A DNA stretch of 64,000 bases, from NCBI GenBank assembly GCA_964572965.1, contig CAZNHL010000001.1:58109-122108 (forward strand), written 5' to 3'. Under the pieces are notes generated by a model that was not told the origin of the DNA, made no database searches, and saw only the letters and a list, made by a program, of their open reading frames with translations. This document shows positions 38,721-47,007 of this stretch, piece after piece. A program made the position numbers and the translations under genes. How positions within the stretch are numbered: position 1 is the first letter of the stretch; each line of letters opens with the position of its first letter. The stretch is from an uncultured Bifidobacteriaceae bacterium. GTDB taxonomy: Bacteria; Bacteroidota; Bacteroidia; Cytophagales; UBA9547.

Positions 38721-38801
38721 TGTTTTTTCTGTAAATGTATTTACTAACTTGCACATAGAACAGTACATACACATTTGTATGGTACTAACAAAAAAGTAAG
38801 C

Positions 38802-39155
38802 ATGATCCAGAGAAAAGAAAACTCAACAAATCATATCAATGAGCAGTATTTAAAGGAGAATTGCGGCATAGCTTTTACATTATCAGTAATTGGCGGGCGC
38901 TGGAAAATCAATATACTGTCGTACCTGTTGAATGAAGGTACACTCCGCTACAGTGAATTAAAGCAAAAGCTTAAAGGAATCTCAGAGCGAATGCTCATTG
39001 CTAAGCTTAAAGAGCTGGAAAGCGACGGGCTTATTAACCGGATTGTGTATCAGCAGGTACCTCCCAAAGTAGAGTATGAACTGACAGAGCAGGGTCGTTC
39101 ACTCAAGGACATATTAATTTTGCTGGATCAGTGGGGAGAAAAAAATCTGAAATGA
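38802..39155 (+). CDS. HxlR-family winged-helix transcriptional regulator
   Basis: CGIAFTLSVIGGRWKINILSYLLNEGTLRYSELKQKLKGISERMLIAKLKELESDGLINRIVYQQVPPKVEYELTEQG. Confidence 0.85.
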   Translation: MIQRKENSTNHINEQYLKENCGIAFTLSVIGGRWKINILSYLLNEGTLRYSELKQKLKGISERMLIAKLKELESDGLINRIVYQQVPPKVEYELTEQGRSLKDILILLDQWGEKNLK

Positions 39156-39157
39156 AA

Positions 39158-39610
39158 CTAAACCCATAAACGCTTTAACTTCATTCTCAGCAAAGGATAA
39201 TCTTTTCCCTGATCATCCTTTGCTGTTCTTTCATAGGTTTCAAAACCAAGCTTGTGGTAAAAAGCGACTGCGGATTTATTCTGTTCATTAACATCTACTT
39301 TGTCAGCTTTCAACTCTGACATGGCAAATGACATCAGCTTTTTGCCGAGTCCTTTAGCAAAGTAATCAGGTGACAAAAAAAGCATTTCTATTTTGTGGTC
39401 AGCTACTCCGATAAAGCCAATCACTTTTCCTTCTGTAAGCAGGCAATAAACACCGAGCTCTTTAAAGTCCATTGACTGTACAAGCGCCTTGATGGAGATA
39501 AAGTCTTCCTTACTCAGAAAATCATGCGTTGCCAGAACAGACTTTTCCCAAACATCAACAAGCTGCTGGTGGTAATTATTTGTATATAGTGATATTTGAA
39601 ACTCTTTCAT
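39158..39610 (-). CDS. GNAT-family N-acetyltransferase
   Basis: 150 aa with an acetyl-CoA binding motif region: LFLSPDYFAKGLGKKLM...AVAFYHKLGF. Confidence 0.8.
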   Translation of the reverse strand: MKEFQISLYTNNYHQQLVDVWEKSVLATHDFLSKEDFISIKALVQSMDFKELGVYCLLTEGKVIGFIGVADHKIEMLFLSPDYFAKGLGKKLMSFAMSELKADKVDVNEQNKSAVAFYHKLGFETYERTAKDDQGKDYPLLRMKLKRLWV

Positions 39611-39613
39611 TGA

Positions 39614-40735
39614 CTACTTCACTGCTCCAAACACCAGACAAGACGGATTACCAACCTCAATACGCTGACCTGTATCAGTCAATAAACCGGTATTCATATC
39701 ACGTTTGAACACCACAATATTGTCGCTGTTCTGATTGGCTACGAGCAAATAGTTCCCGGTAGGGTCAATGTTAAAGTTGCGTGGTGTTTTGCCTAATGAA
39801 GACTGGCGACCAGTGTAAGTGAGCAGACCATTGACTGCATCTACGGCAAAAACCACGATCTCATTGGCGTCTCCTCTGTTGGATGCATACAGGAATTTCC
39901 CATCAGGAGAAACGTGTATATCTGCCGCGCTTACTTCGCCTTTGAAAGACTGGTCTGTCAGGTGTACGGTTTGCAGTGTCTTTAACTGGCCTTCATTGTA
40001 TTCAAATACCGTAACGAACGCACTCAGTTCCTGTATCAGATAGGCATAGCGTCCATTTGGATGAAAAGTAATATGCCTCGGCCCGCTACCGGGTTTTACA
40101 GCCACCGGGTTAACATTACTTTTTATAGGATAATAACCCCGTGTAGTGTCAACCGGGTAAACCATTACCTTGTCAATACCAAGGTCAGGAACTAAAAGGA
40201 ATTTCTCGTCAGGTGAAAGTACTACTTCGTGTACATGGGGAGAGGCCTGTCGCTTGTTGTCAGAACCATGACCTTCATGTACAATCATCTGTTTGGTAGA
40301 ATTAAGCGAACCGTCTTTTTTAGCAGAAAAAGCAGTAAAGCTACCGCTAGTGTAGTTTGCCGTGAAAATTCTGCTGCCGGTTTTGCTAATACTCACATAA
40401 CAGGGATGAGCTCCTTCTATATACTGTTTGTTCAAGAGCTGTAAATTGCCTGTTGCTGCATCAAAACTAAAAGCAGCCAGTTCGGCTTTTTCTTTTTCTT
40501 CCTGTACAGCATACACATATTTCTGGTTACTGCTCAGTGCGAGGAATGAAGGATTACTGATAGCAGTTTTACTTTCAAAAGAGCTTTTCCCTGTCTCAGC
40601 GTCAAATTTATAAACATAAATGCCCTCACTCTTACCTCCGGTGTAAGTACCTACCAAAAGGTGAAAAGTGTTTTGTTGAGCCTTTATAAGTAAGGGCACC
40701 CAGAAAAAAGTGAATAGGAAGATTAATCTGTTCAT
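39614..40735 (-). CDS. Lactonase-family 7-bladed beta-propeller protein (6-phosphogluconolactonase-like)
   Basis: 373 aa with a signal peptide. It shows GIYVYKFD, HPCYV, SPHVHEV, GSGPRHITFHPNGRYAYL and TPRNFNIDPTGNYLLVANQNSDNIVVF. Confidence 0.75.
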   Translation of the reverse strand: MNRLIFLFTFFWVPLLIKAQQNTFHLLVGTYTGGKSEGIYVYKFDAETGKSSFESKTAISNPSFLALSSNQKYVYAVQEEKEKAELAAFSFDAATGNLQLLNKQYIEGAHPCYVSISKTGSRIFTANYTSGSFTAFSAKKDGSLNSTKQMIVHEGHGSDNKRQASPHVHEVVLSPDEKFLLVPDLGIDKVMVYPVDTTRGYYPIKSNVNPVAVKPGSGPRHITFHPNGRYAYLIQELSAFVTVFEYNEGQLKTLQTVHLTDQSFKGEVSAADIHVSPDGKFLYASNRGDANEIVVFAVDAVNGLLTYTGRQSSLGKTPRNFNIDPTGNYLLVANQNSDNIVVFKRDMNTGLLTDTGQRIEVGNPSCLVFGAVK

Positions 40736-40762
40736 AAATCTTTGAAAGTATAATAGTGTTTA

Positions 40763-41383
40763 CTATTTGAATTTTTGCAGAGCCTTGGCCATTGCCAGTG
40801 AATCCTTTACCGACATTGAATCAGTAAGCTTAACCAGCAATGTCTTTCCCTTTATTTCCAGCTGGATTTCCGGTGTTTTCAGCACTTGACTCTGTATACT
40901 CATATTGAATTTACTTCTTACCAACTCTTTATTGGTTCCTGTCAGATGAAAATTATCGCTGAATTCCTTGTTGTCCCTGAAATCGATATCCTGACGCACA
41001 AAAAAATCAACCAGCCTGTCTGCACTTGTTTCCGGAGTCATCAGCACATGGCCGAAATCAGTATCAAGTTCTGTAAAACCAAAACTCTGGACATCGCTCA
41101 ATTCCTCCTTCCTCCCTCTTTCACCAGTTACATTAAAAGATATGACAGCATTAACGATCTTGATGCTTTCTTTCTCCGGATTAAGATGGAAGATGTTTAT
41201 GATCCTGAAATCAAGGTAATGCTGTAGTGGCGCAAAAGACCTGAAATATTCAATCTTCCCAAAAACGTCATCAATCTGATCGCAGTCAATCACTTCAACT
41301 GTATAATTCTTTGATAAGGCTCCGTATACATCCTGAAAAGTTTCTATCTGATCTTCTTCCAGGTCAAATCCTTCGATATTCAT
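40763..41383 (-). CDS. Hypothetical acidic cytoplasmic protein
   Basis: 206 aa ORF with no recognisable motif, signal peptide or TM segment. Confidence 0.4.
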   Translation of the reverse strand: MNIEGFDLEEDQIETFQDVYGALSKNYTVEVIDCDQIDDVFGKIEYFRSFAPLQHYLDFRIINIFHLNPEKESIKIVNAVISFNVTGERGRKEELSDVQSFGFTELDTDFGHVLMTPETSADRLVDFFVRQDIDFRDNKEFSDNFHLTGTNKELVRSKFNMSIQSQVLKTPEIQLEIKGKTLLVKLTDSMSVKDSLAMAKALQKFK

Positions 41384-41520
41384 AGTAAAAATAGCTTTGA
41401 GCTAAAATTAAAGTATTAAACCATTTGTTCCTAAGTCTTCGCTGTCATTGTTGGTTACCCTTCTTTTTAGTTTCTACGAATTCTATCCACCCCTTTATAG
41501 TTTCCGGCATTACCTGCTGT

Positions 41521-41567
41521 TCGATTTTCCCACAATAAGCGGTAAAAGCTTATTGTGGGAAAGTCGA
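41521..41567. repeat. Near-perfect 20-bp inverted repeat (hairpin) in a long non-coding region
   Basis: TCGATTTTCCCACAATAAGC (41521-41540), loop GGTAAAA, GCTTATTGTGGGAAAGTCGA (41548-41567), with 19/20 complementary. No flanking T-run on either strand. Confidence 0.8.
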
Positions 41568-41627
41568 ATAGCGGTTGTCGAGTAGTGGTTAGTAAACATC
41601 TTTCACTTAAAGTGAGGGCTTCGGTTT

Positions 41628-41821
41628 TTAATAACCAGCAAACCTCCAGACCAGCCACCACGAGTAAGCATCAGTTGCAGTGCAGATGATGGGGACAGCT
41701 TCGACAGGCTTAGCTACCAAATTTCGACGAGCCCAATTACCATGGCCATACATAAATAATCAGCATCTTTAACCGCAAACTCTCCGTATACTTTGAAAGT
41801 TTTGCCGTAGCCGGTATTTTT
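41628..41821 (-). pseudogene. Possible decayed remnant of an MBL-fold (UPF0173-like) hydrolase gene
   Basis: Minus-strand frames read [23 protein letters not shown].. and, after a frame shift, ..[43 protein letters not shown]. This loosely resembles GK.ILIDPF...DAD.IL.THGHGDH..D..EIAK...A.VI of metal-dependent hydrolases, but the His ligands are lost. There is no start codon and the fragment is interrupted. Confidence 0.3.
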
Positions 41822-41842
41822 TCACTTATCTATGTCTTTTTT

Positions 41843-43354
41843 ATGAAGTTACATAAAGTAAGGGTATACCCATCCAAAGAGAAATTGGCCAAAGAAGATC
41901 AATTGGCCTGGAAGCTGGCTGCCGTAGCCACAGACAACGTCACAATAAGTGCAGAGGTTGTTGATATGGTCATCAACCGAATTATAGATAATGCTTCTGT
42001 AGCAGTTGCTTCTCTTAACAGAACTCCCGTTGCCAATGCACGTGCACAGGCACTGGCACACCCACGCAGCCATGGCGGTGCACTTGTATTTGGCATGCCC
42101 AACGACCAACTGTTCCATGCTGAATGGGCTGCCTGGGCAAACTGTACGGCAGTGCGTGAACTGGATTTTCATGATACTTTTCTGGCGGCAGACTATTCTC
42201 ACCCCGGTGACAGCATTCCTGCTGTGCTGGCAGTGGCTCAACAATTGAATAAAAATGGCCTGGAACTCCTCAAAGGCATTGTAGCTTCTTATGAAGTGCA
42301 TGTGGACCTTGTAAAGGCTATTTGCCTCCACGAACATAAAATAGATCACGTAGGACATCTTTGTCCGGCACAGGCTGCGGGCGTAGGTGCTTTGCTGAGC
42401 CTGCCTACTGAGGTGGTTTATCAGGCTATACAGCAGGCCTTGCATGTATCTATCAGCACAAGACAGTCGCGTAAGGGCGAAATCTCAAGCTGGAAGGCTT
42501 ATGTACCCGCACATGGCGCTAAACTCGCCATTGAAGCGGTTGACAGGGCCATGCGCGGTGAGAAAAGCCCGTCACCGATCTATGAAGGTGAAGATTCTGT
42601 AATTGCCTGGATCCTGGACGGTCCGGATGCTTCATATGAAATTCCACTGCCCGAGCCAGGTGAAGAGAAAAGAGCTATTCTGGAGACTTATACTAAAGAG
42701 CACTCCGCAGAATATCAGTCGCAGGCTTTGATTGACCTTGCATTCAGGATGAAACCAAAGGTTGGCAATTTTGCCGATGTGAAAGACGTTTTAATTGAGA
42801 CGAGTCACCATACGCATTATGTAATTGGTACAGGTTCTAATGATCCTCAGAAGTTTGACCCGACGGCAAGCCGCGAAACGCTTGATCATTCTATCATGTA
42901 TATTTTTGCTGTAGCGCTTCAAGACGGTGAGTGGCATCATGTACGCAGCTACGAACCTGCAAGAGCACAACGAACTGACACAGTAGAACTCTGGAAGAAA
43001 ATCCGTACTGAGGAAAAGCCTAAGTGGACTGAAATGTACCACGCCACTGATCCGGCAAAAAAGGCTTTCGGAGGAAAAGTGGTTATTACCATGAAGGATG
43101 GTACTGTGATAGAAGATGAACTGGAAAGAGCCAATGCACACCCTGCAGGAGCAAGGCCCTTCAAGCGTGAACAATATATCATGAAGTTTGATCAACTGAC
43201 AGAAGGCATCATTTTCAAAGAAGAGAGAGACCGCTTCCTGGAACTGGTACAACGCTTGCCAGGTCTGACAGCGCATGAAGTACAACAGCTGAATATTCAG
43301 ATAGACCAGAAAGAGTTACTGAATAATAAAGCTGATATGAAGGGGATATTTTAG
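41843..43354 (+). CDS. prpD: 2-methylcitrate dehydratase (MmgE/PrpD family)
   Basis: 503 aa with a PrpD-like sequence throughout (e.g. [46 protein letters not shown]). It lies upstream of prpB and prpC. Confidence 0.85.
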   Translation: MKLHKVRVYPSKEKLAKEDQLAWKLAAVATDNVTISAEVVDMVINRIIDNASVAVASLNRTPVANARAQALAHPRSHGGALVFGMPNDQLFHAEWAAWANCTAVRELDFHDTFLAADYSHPGDSIPAVLAVAQQLNKNGLELLKGIVASYEVHVDLVKAICLHEHKIDHVGHLCPAQAAGVGALLSLPTEVVYQAIQQALHVSISTRQSRKGEISSWKAYVPAHGAKLAIEAVDRAMRGEKSPSPIYEGEDSVIAWILDGPDASYEIPLPEPGEEKRAILETYTKEHSAEYQSQALIDLAFRMKPKVGNFADVKDVLIETSHHTHYVIGTGSNDPQKFDPTASRETLDHSIMYIFAVALQDGEWHHVRSYEPARAQRTDTVELWKKIRTEEKPKWTEMYHATDPAKKAFGGKVVITMKDGTVIEDELERANAHPAGARPFKREQYIMKFDQLTEGIIFKEERDRFLELVQRLPGLTAHEVQQLNIQIDQKELLNNKADMKGIF

Positions 43355-43424
43355 TGATTGGTAATTAGGGAATAGTGATTAGGGGATAAACACACTAACA
43401 CTTTCATACATAAACACATAAGTC
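43354..43424. repeat. Heptad-periodic prpD-prpB spacer (5 G-initiated G/U/A-rich heptads + 5 A/C-rich heptads)
   Basis: GTGATTG GTAATTA GGGAATA GTGATTA GGGGATA | AACACAC TAACACT TTCATAC ATAAACA CATAAGT. That is 70 nt running from the last base of the prpD stop codon to 1 nt before the prpB ATG. AGTGATTAG (43374-43382) can pair with CTAACACT (43395-43402). Confidence 0.6.
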
Positions 43425-44324
43425 ATGATCATCAATAGCACAGACCCTCGAGACAAACGCAAAGTACTCAGAGCAGAGCTAAAGTCTGGGAAGTTACTAC
43501 AGTTTCCGGGGGCTTATAATGCGCTGGTGGCTATGCTGATTGAGCAGAAGGGATTTGACGGAGTTTATTGTTCGGGTGCTGTGATTGCCAACTCACTTGG
43601 GCTGGCTGATGTCGGGCTTACTACACTGACTGAAGTCGGGGCTTTTTCTTCGGCCATTGCCAAAGTAACAAGCCTGCCGACTATTGTAGATATTGATACC
43701 GGCTTCGGCGAAACGCTGAATGTGGTTCGTACCATACGTGAGCTGGAGTACCTGGGTATTGCTGGTTGTCATATTGAAGATCAGGTAAATCCAAAACGCT
43801 GTGGACATCTTGATAACAAGGAACTGGTTTCAGTTTCTGGTATGGTTCAAAAAATCAATGCTGCCGCAAAAGCGAAACAGGATGATAATTTTCTATTGAT
43901 TGCACGGACGGATGCCCGGGCAAGTGAAGGATTGGATAAAGCCATTGAAAGAGCAAAAGCATATGTAGATGCCGGAGCCGAAATGATATTCCCTGAAGCC
44001 ATGAATGACGAAAAGGAATTTGAAGCTTTCCGGAAAGCCATAGATGTACCTCTGCTTGCAAACATGACAGAGTTTGGCAAGTCAAAGCTATTGACTAAAA
44101 AGCAACTGGAAAATCTTGGTTATAACCTGATTATCTATCCGGTAAGCACACAACGGCTGGCCATGTTTGCCGTAGAAAAAGGACTGGATAGTCTGAAATC
44201 CTCCGGCAGTCAGGAAAGTTCAGTAGCAGAAATGCAAACCCGTAAAAGACTCTATGAGATACTTGGCTACGAAGACTATAATGACTTCGACCAGGGAATT
44301 TATAATTTTAGTATTGAGTCGTGA
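43425..44324 (+). CDS. prpB: Methylisocitrate lyase
   Basis: 299 aa of the isocitrate lyase/PEP mutase family. It shows LQFPGAYNALVAMLIEQKGFDGVYCSG, VDIDTGFG, GCHIEDQVNPKRCGH and LIARTDA. Confidence 0.9.
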   Translation: MIINSTDPRDKRKVLRAELKSGKLLQFPGAYNALVAMLIEQKGFDGVYCSGAVIANSLGLADVGLTTLTEVGAFSSAIAKVTSLPTIVDIDTGFGETLNVVRTIRELEYLGIAGCHIEDQVNPKRCGHLDNKELVSVSGMVQKINAAAKAKQDDNFLLIARTDARASEGLDKAIERAKAYVDAGAEMIFPEAMNDEKEFEAFRKAIDVPLLANMTEFGKSKLLTKKQLENLGYNLIIYPVSTQRLAMFAVEKGLDSLKSSGSQESSVAEMQTRKRLYEILGYEDYNDFDQGIYNFSIES

Positions 44325-44405
44325 GTCATGAGTAGTGAGTTGCGGGAACTACCAAAGCAAAACTCACCACTATTTCTCAATACTCAATACCCACTACTCA
44401 ATACT
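44310..44405. repeat. Inverted pair of degenerate heptad arrays (TGAGTNN)n / (ACTCANN)n spanning the prpB-prpC junction
   Basis: Left arm: AGTATTGAGT CGTGAGT CATGAGT AGTGAGT (44310-44340, overlapping the last prpB codons). Then a 21-nt spacer. Right arm: ACTCACC ACTATTT CTCAAT ACTCAAT ACCCACT ACTCAAT ACT (44362-44405). The outer 10 bp, AGTATTGAGT/ACTCAATACT, are perfectly complementary. Confidence 0.8.
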
Positions 44406-44412
44406 ACCCCAT

Positions 44413-45531
44413 ATGGCTGACAAAATCATTGCCCCAAAAGGACTGGAAGGTGTGGTTGTAGACAACTCCGCTATCTCCAAAGTGATGCCCGAAACCAACT
44501 CGCTGGTATATCGCGGTTATGCTGTTCAGGATTTGTGCGAGCATTGTTCATTTGAGGAAGTAGCTTATCTGCTTACTCATGGCGAGCTACCTGACCTTGC
44601 CCAATTGCGCGGTTTCCTTCATAAAGAAAGAAGCCATAGAAATATATCTGCACCACTTAAAACCACCATCAAACTCTTTCCTAAAAAGGCACATCCAATG
44701 GACAGCCTTCGTACAGGCGTCAGTTTTTTGGCAATGGAGGATAGCCGGATATGGGAAAGTGATGAAGTAACCAATCAGGATAAATTTCTGTTTTTATTAG
44801 CAAAAATTCCGACCATCATTGCTGCTTGCTATCATCATCATCATGGCTCTATTTTTATCCCTGCAAGGGAAGATTTGAGCATAGCTGCTAACTTCTTTCA
44901 TATGTGTTTTGGCAAAGTTCCAAGTGATGATATTGTGAAAGCATTTGAAGTCTCTCTGATCCTTTATGCTGAACACAGTTTTAATGCTTCAACTTTTACT
45001 GCCAGGGTTGTTAGTTCTACCAAATCAGACTTGTACAGTGCTGTAGTAGCGGCCATTGGTTCCCTGAAAGGGCCTTTGCATGGAGGAGCCAATGAACAGG
45101 TAATGCACATGATGCGCGAAATTGGTGATCCGGCCAGGGCCCGTGACTGGATGCTGGATGCCCTGAAAAACAAGAAAAAAGTAATGGGCTTTGGGCATAG
45201 GGTATACCGCAATGGTGACTCTCGGGTACCAACAATGAAGAAATATGCCCAGAAAGTAGCTGAAGCACGCGGAGAACATCGTTGGATGGACATGTATGAA
45301 ATACTTGAACAAACAATGGTAGAGGAAAAAGGTATTTACCCTAACCTGGACTTTCCGGCAGGACCGGCCTACTACATGATGGGTTTTGATATAGACATGT
45401 TCACTCCAATATTTGTAATGAGCCGTATTACAGGCTGGTGCGCTCATATCATGGAGCAAAATGCTGACAATCGTCTTATCAGGCCACTAAGCAATTATGT
45501 GGGTCAGGCACAAAGGGAAATTAAAAGATAG
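44413..45531 (+). CDS. prpC: 2-methylcitrate synthase / citrate synthase family
   Basis: The start was trimmed to MADKIIAPKGLEGVVVD (ATG at 44413). Citrate synthase signatures are present: LILYAEHSFNASTF, GSLKGPLHGGANE, GFGHRVYRNGDSR. Confidence 0.9.
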   Translation: MADKIIAPKGLEGVVVDNSAISKVMPETNSLVYRGYAVQDLCEHCSFEEVAYLLTHGELPDLAQLRGFLHKERSHRNISAPLKTTIKLFPKKAHPMDSLRTGVSFLAMEDSRIWESDEVTNQDKFLFLLAKIPTIIAACYHHHHGSIFIPAREDLSIAANFFHMCFGKVPSDDIVKAFEVSLILYAEHSFNASTFTARVVSSTKSDLYSAVVAAIGSLKGPLHGGANEQVMHMMREIGDPARARDWMLDALKNKKKVMGFGHRVYRNGDSRVPTMKKYAQKVAEARGEHRWMDMYEILEQTMVEEKGIYPNLDFPAGPAYYMMGFDIDMFTPIFVMSRITGWCAHIMEQNADNRLIRPLSNYVGQAQREIKR

Positions 45532-45541
45532 CTCCAGCTCC

Positions 45542-46240
45542 TTAATTGAACCCGAAGCCTATACGGAACATAAGCACTGGACAGAAACCGTTAACAGCAA
45601 AGTCCCATGGTGTGCGGATATAATTCCGTATGCGGGGAAGGGTGTCTTCTACGGTTGACTGCCTGAAGGAAGTACCTACATAACCATCAAAAGTAATGTA
45701 TTTAACAAACAGCTTCTTCGTTTTACTTAGCTGAACAGAAGCCTGGTAGCCGACTACAAGGTTTGCCATCCAACGTTTTATATATTGGTGTTCTGGCCCC
45801 CTTTTATATTCATAAAAATTTTCTCCGTTTATAGTTTCCGGCTTAAAAGTATATTGCTGGTATTCAATATTGAAGTAAGAGTAATTGGCTCCTGTCATTA
45901 CATATAAACCCTTATTCTTTTTGAGAAGAAACAAACGATAGTTTAATTCTATGCCATAGCCGGAGATGTTATCATCTATATTATCGGTTTCGCTAGCCTG
46001 AGCTGTTCTCGCCCAATAACTTTGTTTCAGGTTACCGCCATAAAGCTGTCCTGATACAATAAGCCAGCTTCTGCTTAATCCCAGTTGCTTATCCACATCC
46101 ATACGAAAACCCTGAGCAAGTATGTACTGAGGCGAATGGGAAATAATAAAACCACTGGAAGAATCTCTTTGGGCAACAGCTGCTGAAAACGAATACCCAT
46201 AAAGCAAACAAACAATTAATACTCTCAAACAGTATTTCAT
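45542..46240 (-). CDS. Putative outer-membrane beta-barrel protein (uncharacterised)
   Basis: 232 aa with a signal peptide ending AVAQ, alternating aromatic/hydrophilic strands, and a C-terminus of MFRIGFGFN. Confidence 0.5.
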   Translation of the reverse strand: MKYCLRVLIVCLLYGYSFSAAVAQRDSSSGFIISHSPQYILAQGFRMDVDKQLGLSRSWLIVSGQLYGGNLKQSYWARTAQASETDNIDDNISGYGIELNYRLFLLKKNKGLYVMTGANYSYFNIEYQQYTFKPETINGENFYEYKRGPEHQYIKRWMANLVVGYQASVQLSKTKKLFVKYITFDGYVGTSFRQSTVEDTLPRIRNYIRTPWDFAVNGFCPVLMFRIGFGFN

Positions 46241-46274
46241 ATATAAAATGAACCATCCCTTATGAGGTTAGCTC

Positions 46275-47003
46275 TTAATAAAATCTGATAAAACTTAATT
46301 TTGATAAATTTCTGCCCGAATAATCATACTGATAAAGACCATCTTCGCCGACAACCATCAGCAAATTGTTATATACGATTACGTCATTGGCGCTAATCTG
46401 AAAATGCTCCTCTAGTAATATGTTTGCTGGATTTGTAGCATTGTAAACTTTAAGGCCTTTATCACAAACAAAAAGCCTGTTATTATCAATACCGAGACCT
46501 TTTGGCTCATACATATCATAAGTGGCAATACGCCGGGGATTGGTCAGATTGCTGATGTCTATTACTTCCATCATGTTTGTGCCCCGTCTACACCAGCCGT
46601 TATTGGAAGACCTGAGTGTAACATAGGCGTAATTGCCATCTGCCACTACCGGATCACAGCTTACAATATGTAAATACTTGGACAGGAACGATGGTCTTGT
46701 AGGCTCTGCCAGATTATAAATATACATTCCTGAGCGAGAACCCATCAGAAGTGAATTGTTATATGGAAAAATTGTTTCCATATCGCTGCCAACATATTGT
46801 TTATTCAGGTATTTAGGCTGACTGGCATTAGTCACATCAAATACAGTAAGGCTGTCTTCTCCGATTGTATACAGGTAATTACCTTTAACTGTAAAACGTG
46901 CAGTAGAGCCTCCAATACCGGTATCGCTGCCTCCTTCCGATTTATGACAGGAAGACAAAGCAACCAGAGATATTAATATCAAAAAAGGAATAAATTTTTT
47001 CAT
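46275..47003 (-). CDS. LVIVD-repeat beta-propeller lipoprotein
   Basis: 242 aa with lipobox LSSC. It has repeated motifs of the form 'G.YLY....gL.V.D..N...P' (YLYTIGEDSLTVFDVTNASQP, MYIYNLAEPTRP, MMEVIDISNLTNP, LKVYNATNP). Confidence 0.6.
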   Translation of the reverse strand: MKKFIPFLILISLVALSSCHKSEGGSDTGIGGSTARFTVKGNYLYTIGEDSLTVFDVTNASQPKYLNKQYVGSDMETIFPYNNSLLMGSRSGMYIYNLAEPTRPSFLSKYLHIVSCDPVVADGNYAYVTLRSSNNGWCRRGTNMMEVIDISNLTNPRRIATYDMYEPKGLGIDNNRLFVCDKGLKVYNATNPANILLEEHFQISANDVIVYNNLLMVVGEDGLYQYDYSGRNLSKLSFIRFY

Positions 47004-47007
47004 CTGC

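Noticed and set aside
41555-41570. GGGAAAGTCGAAT resembles the RNase P RNA GGAAAGTCC motif
   Set aside because: It is part of the 20-bp inverted repeat, and none of the other conserved RNase P regions were found nearby.
41691-41708. GGGGACAGCTTCGACAGG resembles the 5' end of tmRNA (GGGGCUGA...UUCGACAGG)
   Set aside because: I saw no downstream tag-peptide reading frame (e.g. ...NYALAA-stop), no T-arm GGTTCGA..CC, and no 3' acceptor complement.
41849-45459. Numerous antisense or alternative-frame ORFs (up to 198 aa) inside prpD, prpB and prpC
   Set aside because: They overlap strongly supported Prp genes. Their abundance is best explained by the locally higher GC content, which reduces stop-codon frequency.
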